From positions 9,610,001 through 9,674,000 of the forward strand of contig OZ024757.1 of NCBI GenBank assembly GCA_964016885.1: a stretch of 64,000 nucleotides of DNA, in the 5' to 3' direction. Position 1 is the first letter of the stretch. Every line of letters begins with the position of its first letter. The DNA is from Eledone cirrhosa. Its lineage: Eukaryota. This document shows positions 27,120 through 39,280 of this stretch, one piece after another. The notes below the pieces were generated by a model. The model saw nothing but the letters and a program-made list of their open reading frames with translations. It ran no database searches and had not been told where the DNA came from. Made by a program: the position numbers and the translations under genes.

Positions 27120-28050
27120 TTAGTTGGAGTGAAAATTTTAGTGTTCCTACCACTGTCACCATGGTAGACAGTGGTAGGATATCACATTACGGTGTTCCTA
27201 CCACTGTCACCATGGCAGACAGTGGTAGGATATCACATTACGGTGTTCCTACCACTGTCACCATGGTAGACAGTGGTAGGATATCACGTTACAGTGTTCC
27301 TACCACTGTCACCATGGCAGACAGTGGTAGGATATCACATTACGGTGTTCCTACCACTGTCACCACTGACCATGGTAGACAGTTCGAGTCTCATCTCTTC
27401 CATTTAGGTGTACAACACATTTGGACTGCCAGCTACCATCCAGCTTCCAACAGTATGGTAGAACGCTTCCACCACCAATTGAAGGCCCCCTTGTGTGCTT
27501 AACCTCACCAGCAATGGTGGAGCGAATACCTCCCTATTGTTCTTCTTGGCTGTTGTTCATTAGTCAGGGAAGATACTCCCCAGCTGGTTTACGGTGTACC
27601 TTTATGTCTGCCAGGTCAGATGTTGGCCCCACTTAACTTATCTGTGTCAGATACCATTGTGTACATAAACGGACTTTGATCGTATTTTAATGATCTTCCG
27701 CCGATGAATCCTCGGCAACAAACTATTAAATCTTTGGTTCCGAAGGACATTGCATGGTCACATGTGTTCCTTAGGAAGGATGCTGTGAGAGGTCCTCTCA
27801 CGTTGCCCTACACAGAAACCTATCGTGTTCTTTCACACACCAACAGACTTTTCCCCATAGACATTTGTGGGGTAAACAGGCCTTTTCAGACACTCTTACA
27901 CCGGAGCCCCATACCCCTCCCCCCACATACACTGTTCATCATCAAATGCAGGCTACACCTTCACAATTGCAGACATCTTCCACACCTCCATCTACATATG
28001 TCACAACTACATGGAGTGGCTACCATGTTCACTGGCACACCAAGCTTTGC
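27120..28050 (+). mobile_element. Ty3/gypsy integrase remnant
   Basis: [42 protein letters not shown] (rve core) and HVFLRKDAVRGPLTLPYTETYRV (GPY/F-like region). Confidence 0.85.
27141..27364. repeat. 51-bp hairpin-containing tandem repeat (4+ copies)
   Basis: Units start at 27141, 27192, 27243, 27294 and 27345. Confidence 0.95.
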
Positions 28051-28197
28051 AACACTATTTATATATGACCTAATTTATGTAAAACAAACTTTGAACTTGC
28101 CTTAAAGCATGAACTATTTTTTGTTCAATTTTGCATTCACTTTGTTTGATTTGTGTTAATTATTGCATAGTTGAACTACTTCCATCTTTTTTCAGCA

Positions 28198-29564
28198 TTT
28201 TGGTACTTGTGTTACCTTTTCAGATATTTTGTTACTTGTGTTACCTTTTCAGATATTTTGGTACTTGTGTTACCTTTTCAGATAGTTTGGTACTTGTGTT
28301 ACCTTTTCAGATATTTTGGTACTTGTGTTACCTTTTCAGATCTTTTGGTACTTGTGTTACCTTGTCAGATATTTTGGTACTTGTGTTACCATTTCAGATA
28401 GTTTGGTACTTGTGTTACCTTCTCAGATATGTTGGTACTTGTGTTACCTTTTCAGATATTTTGGTACTTGTGTTACCTTGTCAGATATTTTGGTACTTGT
28501 GTTACCTTGTCAGATATTTTGGTACTTGTGTTACAATTTCAGATATTTTGGTACTTGTGTTACCTTGTCAGATATTTTGGTACTTGTGTTACCTTGTCAG
28601 ATATTTTGGTACTTGTGTTACCTTTTCAGATATTTTGGTACTTGTGTTACCTTGTCAGATATTTTGGTACTTGTGTTACCTTCTCAGATATTTTGGTACT
28701 TGTGTTACCTTTTCAGATATTTTGGGACTTGTGTTACCTTTTCAGATATTTTGGTACTTGTGTTACCTTCTCAGATATTTTGGTACTTGTGTTACCTTTT
28801 CAGATATTTTGGTACTTGTGTTACCTTGTCAGATATTTTGGTACTTGTGTTACCTTTTCAGATATTTTGGGACTTGTGTTACCTTTTCAGATATTTTGGG
28901 ACTTGTGTTACCTTTTCAGATATTTTGGTACTTGTGTTACCTTTTCAGATATTTTGGTACTTGTGTTACCTTGTCAGATATTTTGGTACTTGTGTTACCT
29001 TCTCAGATATTTTGGTACTTGTGTTACCTTTTCAGATATTTTGGTACTTGTGTTACCTTTTCAGATATTTTGGTACTTGTGTTACCTTCTCAGATAGTTT
29101 GGTACTTGTGTTACCTTCTCAGATAGTTTGGTACTTGTGTTACCTTTTCAGATAGTTTGGTACTTGTGTTACCTTCTCAGATAGTTTGGTACTTGTGTTA
29201 CCTTTTCAAATATTTTGGTACTTGTGTTACCTTCTCAGATAGTTTGGTACTTGTGTTACCTTCTCAGATAGTTTGGTACTTGTGTTACCTTTTCAAATAT
29301 TTTGGTACTTGTGTTACCTTCTCAGATAGTTTGGTACTTGTGTTACCTTCTCAGATGTTTTGGTACTTGTGTTACCTTCTCAGATGTTTTGGTACTTGTG
29401 TTACCTTCTCAGATATTTTGGTACTTGTGTTACCTTCTCAGATAGTTTGGTACATGTGTTACCATTTCAGATAGTTTGGTACTTGTGTTACCTTTTCAGA
29501 TAGTTTGGTACTTGTGTTACCTTCTCAGATAGTATGGTACTTGTGTTACCTTCTCAGATATTTT
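28198..29564. repeat. 29-bp satellite, ~47 copies
   Basis: Unit tttggtacttgtgttaccttttcagatat. Confidence 0.97.
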
Positions 29565-29992
29565 CTCATTCTTATCGACCACTTCGCAGTCTAAGCAGAG
29601 GCTGATGTAGCAGCATTATTTCCTATCTTGCAACAACATTCTTTCATGCGCAATTTGGTTACTGGTTCACAAATCATGTAAGTCTACATGCGTGAATATA
29701 CTGTTACTTCCGTCCTAGTAAACGGGTTTGAGAGTTCCTGACTGCCAGCAGAAGATGTCCTGAATATTATCCACAAAGATGAATTGAATATTTCCTGTAT
29801 TGTTCTGGGATGATCTCAGTAGAATTAAAAAAGGTAGATGGACATATTCTACATTTACTTTAATATAGATTTAAACAAAGATGGTAGAAAGGCAGAATTG
29901 GTAGAGCGTCAGATAAAATATCATTGCAATATTTGTTCTGGTTCTTAACATTCTCAGTTCAAATCCTGCCAACATCAAATAATTATTTCAAC

Positions 29993-30701
29993 ATTAAAAC
30001 TACTTACAAGATGATATCATTACATATGGTGTTAATAACAGAGATTTAGATGGGTGTTAGATGTATTAAAACTACTTACAAGATGATATCATTACATATG
30101 GTGTTAATAACAGAGATTTAGATAGGTGTTAGATGTATTAAAACTATTTACAAGATGATATCATTACATATGGTGTGAATAACAGAGATTTAGATGGGTG
30201 TTAGATGTATTAAAACTATTTACAAGATGATATCATTACATATGGTGTTAATAACAGAGATTTATATAGGTGTTAGATGTATTAAAACTACTTACAAGAT
30301 GATATCATTACATATGGTGTTAATAACAGAGATTTAGATGGGTGTTAGATGTATTAAAACTACTTACAAGATGATATCAATACATATGGTGTTAATAATA
30401 GAGATTTAGATGGGTGTTAGATGTATTAAAACTACTTACAAGATGATATCATTACATATGGTGTTAATAACAGAGATTTAGATGGGTGTTAGATGTATTA
30501 AAACTACTTACAAGATGATATCAATACATATGGTGTTAATAACAGAGATTTAGATGGGTGTTAGATGTATTAAAACTACTTACAAGATGATATCATTACA
30601 TATGGTGTTAATAACAGAGATTTAGATAGGTGTTAGATGTATTAAAACTACTTACAAGATGATATCATTACATATGGTGTTAATAACAGAGATTTAGATG
30701 G
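29993..30701 (+). repeat. 72-bp satellite, ~10 copies (left array)
   Basis: Unit attaaaactacttacaagatgatatcattacatatggtgttaataacagagatttagatgggtgttagatgt. Confidence 0.97.
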
Positions 30702-30904
30702 CAAAATAACAAAAAATTGAAGATACAGACTTGATAAATTCCTTAAATATAATTCTTTTATTAACAACAAATAGAATGAAATTTAGGACATAAATACACT
30801 TCATAAAGTTAATTATGAAAAATTAATAAATTGTTTACAAAACAAAAAATCAATAAAAAAAAAAGGGAGTTAGAAAGAAAAAGAAAAACAGGTAAAACTA
30901 CTCT

Positions 30905-31212
30905 TTCAATTACTGTAACAGAGAATGTTGGTGTTACCCTCTAAAATGTCTGAGACTAGACACTCACAGCAATACCTCAGATGATAGAGGGCCCTCCAAT
31001 TACACACTACAACAGGGAATGTTTGTGTAGGCCTCTAACATTTATCATAGCAGAAAAGACATTATCTCAGATGATAGAGGGTCCCTTAATGGCACACTAC
31101 AATAGGGAATGTTGGTGTAGGCCCCTAAGATTTAACATAGCAGACAAGACATTACCTTATGTAATAGAGGGTCCCTTAATTACACACACTATAGCAGGGA
31201 ATGTTGGTGTTG
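30905..31212. repeat. Diverged 90-bp tandem repeat, ~3.5 copies
   Basis: ctcagatgatagaggg at 30976 and 31066, with a variant at 31156. Confidence 0.75.
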
Positions 31213-31592
31213 ACAAACCAAGACTGAAATTTCTGGCATAGATTTAAAATTAATTCAAAAAGTCAAGAATAGATCAGAGAAAGATTTTAATTTTAAATGA
31301 AAATATATTTGTAAAAATGGCCAGCAATGTTTGGAGTCTATCAAACTGCCAAGTATTCACATTTGATATTGGTGGAAAATAAGTTTAGATTTGTAAGAGG
31401 AAGGATGTCTCATGTTTCACAGTTAAATACTTTCCTTCCTCTCTGTTTGTGTCTAAATAACTGTTAGAGAAAAAACATTTCCCACATATTTCATTGTGTA
31501 AAACGTTTTTCACCAGTGTGTGTTATTTTGTGTTTATTATATTCACTGTTACTAATGAAAGATTTCCCACATATTTCACAGTGATAGGGTTT

Positions 31593-32486
31593 CTATCCAG
31601 TATGTGTTCTTTTGTGTTTAGTTAAGACATTACTCCTGCCAAAAGATTTCCCACATATTTCACAGTGATAGGGTCTCTCTCCTGTATGTGTTCTTTTGTG
31701 TTTATTATAATTACTGTTACTAATAAAAGATTTCCCACATATTTTACAGTGGAAAGGCTTTTCTCCTGTGTGAGTACGTATGTGGACAATGAGATCAGGA
31801 GAATTTGTAAAAGATTTCCCACATATTTCACAGTGATAGGGTTTCTCTCCAGTATGTGTTCTTTTATGTAGAGTTAAATCACTGCTTTTTACAAACGCTT
31901 TCCCACATAATTCACAATGGAAGTATTTCTCTCCAGTGTGTCTTCTTCTGTGAACTATAAGAACACCATTATGAGCAAAATCTTTCCCACATATTTCACA
32001 TTGATAGGGTTTCTCTCCAGTGTGTCTTCTTCTGTGAACTATAAGAGCAGTACTATCAGCAAAATATTTCCCACATATTTCACAGTGAAAAGGTTTCTCT
32101 CCGGTGTGAATACGTATATGTCTAACAAGTTTAGCTTTCTCAGCGAAAGATTTCCTACATATTTCACAGTGAAATGGTTTTTCTCCACTGTGACTACGTA
32201 TATGCCTAACAAAATTGGAATTCAGACTGAAAGATTTCCCACATATTTCATAATGATAGGGTTTGTCTTTAATATGTATGTGTTTGTGTGTAGATAATTC
32301 ATCTTCCGATGAGAAAGTTTTCCTACAAATCTCACAGCTATATCCAGGAATATTTCTGTATAATGATCCTTGTTCAGTACATGTTTCACTAGGTAAAGGT
32401 TTGTCCCAACTGTATGTCTCTGTAACAGTATCTATATTGGTAGAAACAGGTGTGGTAGAAATGTCCAAGTGTTTAACCTCCTCCAT
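31593..32486 (-). CDS. C2H2 zinc-finger protein, 9 fingers (finger 2 lacks its first Cys)
   Basis: True ATG at 32486; 297 aa with TGEKP(F/Y)HCEICGK repeats; no recognisable effector domain in the N-terminal ~50 aa. Confidence 0.92.
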   Translation of the reverse strand: MEEVKHLDISTTPVSTNIDTVTETYSWDKPLPSETCTEQGSLYRNIPGYSCEICRKTFSSEDELSTHKHIHIKDKPYHYEICGKSFSLNSNFVRHIRSHSGEKPFHCEICRKSFAEKAKLVRHIRIHTGEKPFHCEICGKYFADSTALIVHRRRHTGEKPYQCEICGKDFAHNGVLIVHRRRHTGEKYFHCELCGKAFVKSSDLTLHKRTHTGEKPYHCEICGKSFTNSPDLIVHIRTHTGEKPFHCKICGKSFISNSNYNKHKRTHTGERPYHCEICGKSFGRSNVLTKHKRTHTG

Positions 32487-33456
32487 AATAATTCTTGAAA
32501 AATTCTTCGAAGTTCTGAAGATATATGACTGTGTAAGACAGATATTGGTATAAGAAAGTGTAAGAGAGTGTGTGTGTGTTTGTGTCTTAATAAATCAGGA
32601 TTGTTCTTCACGGTGTAGTAAAGTACACAATATCTGCTGTGTTAACAATACAAATAATACGTACTTTATATTTCAAGTCCAAGTGTAAAGTCAAGAAAGA
32701 CCAGGGAAGCTAATTGTTCAGATGTTGGTGATTTAAACCTATTTCTCACTGTCCTGTTAAATGTGGAACAACCAATTCACGATGTGGTGTAGTTTCTCAT
32801 GAAATGAAATATTTAATCATGTAGGAGATGGAACACCTACCCTGGAACATGTAGCTCACTCTATGTTATCTACAGAATATTAACTTTCACCTTAACATGA
32901 GATAATTGATACACAAGATATAATTAGATTAATTAAAGTTATAATTAAGATAGCAGGTACGTGGTGTTGTTGAGAATGTTTCCCCGCTCTTAAATAAAGC
33001 CGGTGTCATACGTTAAAAGTCCCTGACATATTTTAATACCTTCAGCCAGACCTTCAGTTATATCAATTCACTCCATCAATTGTATCGAACCCATGGTAAA
33101 ACAAGCAGCATCACTCAGTGAAATATTTATTACGTATCAACGAGAGAGTCTCCTACCTGGTTACTTGACATGGTAGAAATAGCAGCCAACACACACTCTA
33201 AAGTCTTAAAGTAAAGGAATTACACATTTCGCTCCTCGACAGGTTTGCGGTCGTGCCCTTGGCAGTAGAGACTCCCGGTGTCGTTGGCCCTAGGGCTACT
33301 TCCCTACCTACCACCATAGAAACAGAGTTGACTACCCGCAGAGAGACTCTTACCTAGTAGCTTGACGTGGTAGAAATAGCAGCCAAATATCATTCTCTAC
33401 TGTCTTACGGCAACAAAGACGATGTTCTGCGGTTTAGTCACACACACACACACACG

Positions 33457-33527
<71 letters not shown>

Positions 33528-33849
33528 CTGTATATAACCCCGTAGCTCTAAATAAACACCGCCCATATTCTGCAGTTTAAAACACTGGAAGAACACATTC
33601 AGTCGTTTAGTCACACACACACACACACACATATATATTTCCAATATTTAAATATATGCCTATTCGATCATACTAATCTGGGACTTGAATTATGCCATGG
33701 TGAGGTTGTCTCCCCTGGTAGTGTTAATTGTTTGTATATATATTTATATCTCCATCTGTAACTCAATAACATTTATCATGGCTTGGCTTCGAGAACAAAG
33801 ATTAAGAAGGAGTTGTCGTAAGTTGATTGCAGGCCTGCTTGTGGCTGGT

Positions 33850-34730
33850 CAGGCCTATGTAGGACAGGCATGGCACAGCCACACATGAAGGTCTGGAGAA
33901 GGGTTTGATAACTTGGTGTTGTTGTTCTTCCTCCTAGGTCTCTTGTCCTCGAGGGTGGCCCTGTGGGTGTTTTTCAAGGAGCAAACAGCATGGTTGTTGG
34001 TGAGACACCAGGCGTCCCATGTCTCAGCTAGGGTGGACCACCAGTAATGGTCGATGTGACAAGGAATTCTTTCAAACAGTCCTTATATTGCTTCTTGGTG
34101 GCCCCCTGTCACAATGACCAGTGGAGAGTTCACCATAGAGCATGATCCTGGGCAGATCCTTCATCCAGGAGATCTACCCTGCCCAGCTTGGTGTTGCACT
34201 CAAGGAGACGAAGGTGGTGATGTTAAGTGATGTGTTGCAAGACTCTTTCTGTGAGGCCAACAAGAGCAACATCGTCTGCAAAGAAAAGGTCTCAGAGCTG
34301 TTGCTCCAGGGACTTTCATGTGGGCCTGTAGTTGAGGAAGATTAAACAGGCTGCAGGCAAGATGGTATCAACATCTTCTGTGACCTGCTTGAACATCATG
34401 CTAAAGAGAGTCGGTGCTAGGACACAGCCCTTCTACACACAGTTGATATTTGGGAAGGGTCCTGAAAGGTCACTGTTGAGTCTGACCTGACCACAGTGGC
34501 CTTCCTGTAGCTGGATGACGATGTTCAGGAACTTCAGGGAACAAATGAGTCATTCCATGATCTGCTCATTATATTGAATGATTTAGTAAAGTCAATAAAC
34601 ACCACATACAGCCCTTTATTTTGCTCTCAGCACTTCTCTTGGAGCTGCCTGAGAATGAACACCTTGTCTATGGTGTTGTTGTTGACTTTGTAGCTACACT
34701 GACTCTCTGGGAGGTGTTATTGTGATGTCT
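33850..34730 (-). mobile_element. Old RTE (BovB-like) LINE remnant
   Basis: Minus strand reads HLPESQCSYK...TIDKVFILRQLQEKC and KGCVLAPTLFSMMF. Confidence 0.8.
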
Positions 34731-35347
34731 ATGGTGTTGTTGTTGACTTTGTAGCTACACTGACTCTCTGGGAGGTGTTATTGTGATGTCTATGGTGTTG
34801 TTGTTGACTTTGTAGCTACACTGACTCTCTGGGAGGTGTTATTGTGATGTCTATGGTGTTGTTGTTGACTCTGTAGCTACACTGACTCTCTGGGAGGTGT
34901 TATTGTGATGTCTATGGTGTTGTTGTTGACTTTGTAGCCACACTGACTCTCTGGGAGGTGTTATTGTGATGTCTGTGGTGTTGTTGTTGACTCTGTAGCT
35001 ACACTGACTCTCTGGGAGGTGTTATTGTGATGTATGTGGTGTTGTTGTTGACTTTGTAGCTACACTGACTCTCTGGGAGGTGTTATTGTGATGTCTATGG
35101 TGTTGTTGTTGACTTTGTAGCTACACTGACTCTCTGGGAGGTGTTATTGTGATGTCTGTGGTGTTGTTGTTGACTCTGTAGCTACACTGACTCTCTGGGA
35201 GGTGTTATTGTGATGTATGTGGTGTTGTTGTTGACTTTCTAGCTACACTGACTCTCTGGGAGGTGTTATTGTGATGTCTATGGCGTTGTTGTTGACTTTG
35301 TAGCTACACTGACTCTCTGGGAGGTGTTATTGTGATGTCTATGGTGT
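34666..35347. repeat. 61-bp satellite, ~11 copies, derived from RT sequence
   Basis: Unit gtctatggtgttgttgttgactttgtagctacactgactctctgggaggtgttattgtgat. Confidence 0.95.
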
Positions 35348-37375
35348 TGTAGCGGTTGTCTCCCTTGTTTAGATTAACATCTAGACGGGAAGTAGAACCC
35401 TTTCTGTAACTTCCGGTCAGAACCCTATAAAACTAACAACTTTAAGCTCTCACTCTCTCATTGCCTTCTCGGCACCAGGCCAAGAGCCTCTCATTTGGCC
35501 TTCCGGCGCCTGGCTGGCCTTAGCCAGGTGTCCTCTGCCAGCTGCGTTTGCCTGGCAATCAAAACGGTAACGACTAACTTTGTTTCATTCTTTCATCTAT
35601 TTCTTTGACATTTCAACTATACTATCTACCATCGTTAATTAAATATTATCTACACACAAACAATGTATTCCTTGTTACATTCATACAACCCAGTACTCTC
35701 GCTAAATTGGTAACCCTGACGTGATACGAACACGCAGCCGTTCATCGCTATAAGTGGTCCCCCCCCCCCCAAAAAAAAAATACCAGATCTGGCGTTGTGT
35801 GACTAACATTGCGAATACACAGCAAATTTATCGACAAACTATGAAAATACTCAAAGAAACGGACACACGCACATGTGGAATTCGCGTTCAGACAGACTTT
35901 TTCTCTCACGCATCAACTAACTGTCGCATTTCACGATATATATATATGTTTCTCGTTTCTTACAACGAACACTTTCAAAACAATAGAAGAAAAAAAACAT
36001 TTCACGATATATATATATGTTTCTCGTTTCTTACAACGAACTCTTTCAAAACAAAAAAAAAAAAGAAATTTGATATTCTTTAAAAAACATTTCAACAGGA
36101 ACATTTATTTTCGATGAACCATTGCCTTTTTTTTTTTTTCATCGTTTTCTTCATCGTTCAAGTTTTTTTTTTCCAAAGTTCACACCAATAATTATGCCGA
36201 GTGAAGCCTTTCTTTTTCATCATTGTCACTTTCACACTTGCACTATCATTTTCTCGCGCGTTAGAAATATTATTTTTTCAACCTTCCTTATCCTTGTATT
36301 GGCACGTGTAGGCAGCACAAATTCTCGACTCACAGAGATAGCCGCACGCCAGAGATAACGTTTCTCGCCAAGGATTCTTCAGCCTTAAGCTATATTCTCC
36401 TATTTGCCGGTTTAAAAATTTACTACGTAAATTTGCCGTTGAAAACTGTGCATTTATTCAGGATGCTTATTTCTTTGGTCGCTGGCCTCTTGACCCTTCC
36501 AGGTCAACGCATTCTCAACATCGACCATCAACTTCGGCTGCTATTTCTAGCACTTTGCGCAACTCATTTTTTCTGAAAAAAAAAATTTTTTTCTGTGAAT
36601 TTAAACACCGAATACGCTCACTCCGTGAGACATCAACAGCAACACAGCTTCACCAACAACCAAAGCCAGAGAATTTATTTTTGCAGCACTCTTCGTGTGA
36701 GAAAATCCATTCGGAGGCTGGAAATTTCACGATATACCACAGAACAGAAACCACCTGCATTCATTCTCTGGAACACACTTTCTTTCCTGCTGTCATGTGA
36801 TTGCACACCTGTGAACTATATTTTGTACATTTGAACTTTGAGCCCTTCTCTTACTTTATTACATTGTATCTTTGGGTGATGGATAGATAGATGTCCAGTC
36901 GTTCTCTGGCCAAGAGCGGTTGGCTACCTTGATATATAACATTGATTTTTGCAAACATTCTTTTGTCGTGATTTTCATGCCTGTTACAACATTCTCGCCA
37001 ACTTGCTACATATTTTCATTCGATTTTTATATCCTAAAATTCTGGCGGGAGGTTATGTAGCGGTTGTCTCCCTTGTTTGGATTAACATCTAGACGGGAAG
37101 TAGAACCCTTTCTGTAACTTCTGGCAGAGCCCTATAAAACGAATAGCTCTCGGCTCTCTGCCTCTCATTTGGCCTTCCGGCGCCTGGCCTTAGCCAGGCG
37201 TCCTCTGCCAGCTGCGTTTGCCTGGCAATCAAAACGGTAACGACTAACTTTGTTTCATTCTATCATCTATTTCTTTGACATGTCAACTATACTATCTACC
37301 ATTGTTAATTAAATATTATACACACAAACCATACCTCGTTTTGTTACATTCATACAACCCAGTATCTTCGCTATA
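35348..37375 (+). mobile_element. Non-autonomous LTR retroelement (2.0 kb)
   Basis: Direct repeats 35348-35706 and 37056-37375 (TGTAGCG...CGCTAaA / CGCTAtA); PBS tggtaaccctgacgtgat at 35708; purine tract ggcgggagg before the 3' LTR; no gag/pol ORF inside. Confidence 0.88.
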
Positions 37376-38554
37376 CTCTGTTATTAACACCATATGTAAT
37401 GATATCACCTTGTAAGTAGTTTTAATACATCTAACACCCATCTAAATCTCTGTTATTAACACCATATGTAATGCTATCATCTTGTTAGTAGTTTTAATAC
37501 ATCTAACACCCATCTAAATCTCTGTTATTAACACCATATGTAATGATATCATCTTGTTAGTAGTTTTAATACATCTAACACCCATCTAAATCTCTTTTAT
37601 TAACACCATATGTAATGATATCATCTTGTAAGTAGTATTAATACATCTAATACCCATCTAAATCTCTGTTATTAACACCATATGTAACGATATCATCTTG
37701 TAAGTAGTTTTAATACATCTAACACCCATCTAAATCTCTGTTATTAACACCATATGTAATGATATCATCTTGTTAGTAGTTTTAATACATCTAACACCCA
37801 TCTAAATCTCTGTTATTAACACCATATGTAATGATATCATCTTGTAAGTAGTTTTAATACATCTAACACCCATCTAAATCTCTGTTATTAACACCATATG
37901 TAATGATATCATCTTGTGAGTAGTTTTAATACATCTAACACCCATCTAAATCTCTCTGTTATTAACACCAGATGTAATGATATCTTGTAAGTAGTTTTAA
38001 TACATCTAACACCCATCTACATCTCTGCTATTAACACCATATGTAATGATATCATCTTGTAAGTAGCTTTAATACATCTAACACCCATCTAAATCTCTGT
38101 TATTTATACTATATGTAATGATATCATCTTGTAAGTAGTTTTAATACATCTAACACCCATCTAAATCTCTGTTATTAACACCATATGTAATGATATCATC
38201 TTGTAAGTAGTTTTAATACATCTAACACCCATCTAAATCTCTGTTATTAACACTATATGTAATGATATCATCTTGTAAGTAGTTTTAATACGTCTAACAC
38301 CCATCTAAATCTCTGTTATTAACACCATATGTAATGATATCATCTTGTAAATACATCTAACACCACTCTAACACCCATCTAAATCTCTGTTATTAACACC
38401 ATATATAAGGATATCAACATGTAAGTAGGTTTAATACATCTAACACCCATCTAAATCTGTTATTCACACCATATGTAATGATATCATCTTGTAAGTAGTT
38501 TTAATACATCTAACACCAATCTAAATCTGTTATTCACACCATATGTAATGATAT
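37376..38554 (-). repeat. 72-bp satellite, ~16 copies (right array, inverted relative to 29993-30701)
   Basis: Unit ctctgttattaacaccatatgtaatgatatcatcttgtaagtagttttaatacatctaacacccatctaaat is the reverse complement of the left-array unit. Confidence 0.97.
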
Positions 38555-38702
38555 TTTAGAAGAAGTTAGTTATTTAGAGATATTTAGAAGGGGTTGTTTA
38601 GTAGATGTTTGTTCTTCTGGAATTATCACTTTAGCAAATAGTATATATTTGTTGGTTACAGGCTGGACTCCATGTAACATAATATAATTAACAACAATGT
38701 AG

Positions 38703-39280
38703 CAAGCAGTGCAAGTCGAAGGTAGTATAATAAGTAAGGCGATCAAAGACATGAAGATGGGCAAGGTGGCCGGGCCTTCGGAAATAGTTGCCAAAATGCT
38801 GAAAGCATCTGGAACGGTGGGACACACTATGGTCACCCGGATAGTAAACCAAGTCATACAGAATGGGGTCGTTCCGGAGGACTGGTGCAGCAGCAGCATC
38901 ATTAACTGCTACAAGGGTAAAGGTGATGCCCTAGATAGGGGAAACTATAGAGGCATTAAATTAATTGACCAGGTCATGAAGGTCACAGAAAAAGTAATAG
39001 CGCAACTAATCAGAGAGCGAATTGATCTAGACGAAATACAGTTCGGGTTTGTGTCAGGTAAAAGTACAACAGACGCTCTTTTCATTGTACGACAACTACA
39101 GGAGAAGTACCTAGCTAAAAGTAAACCCCTATACTTAGCTTTTGTTGACTTGGAGAAAGCCTTTGACAGAGTACCCCGCTCGATTATCTGGTGGGCTCTT
39201 AGAAAACTAGATGTTGACGAATGGCTTGTGAGAGCTGTACAAGCCATGTATAAAGAAACAGTCAGCAATGTTAGAATTAA
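38703..39280 (+). mobile_element. RTE LINE RT fragment
   Basis: ORF 38709..39287: NYRGIKLIDQVMK, QFGFVSGKSTTDALF, YLAFVDLEKAFDRVP. Confidence 0.93.

Noticed and set aside
28131-29474. Long hydrophobic ORFs of 105-331 aa
   Set aside because: They are translations of the 29-bp satellite.
27141-30701. CRISPR-like appearance of regular repeats
   Set aside because: Units are head-to-tail with no unique spacers, there are no cas genes, and the context is eukaryotic.
31622-32553. Alternative-frame and antisense ORFs over ZNF2 (likewise 4412-4663 over ZNF1)
   Set aside because: They are shadows of the repetitive zinc-finger coding sequence.
35708-35740. tRNA-Trp gene fragment
   Set aside because: It lies directly after the LTR and includes the CCA complement, so it is better explained as a primer-binding site.
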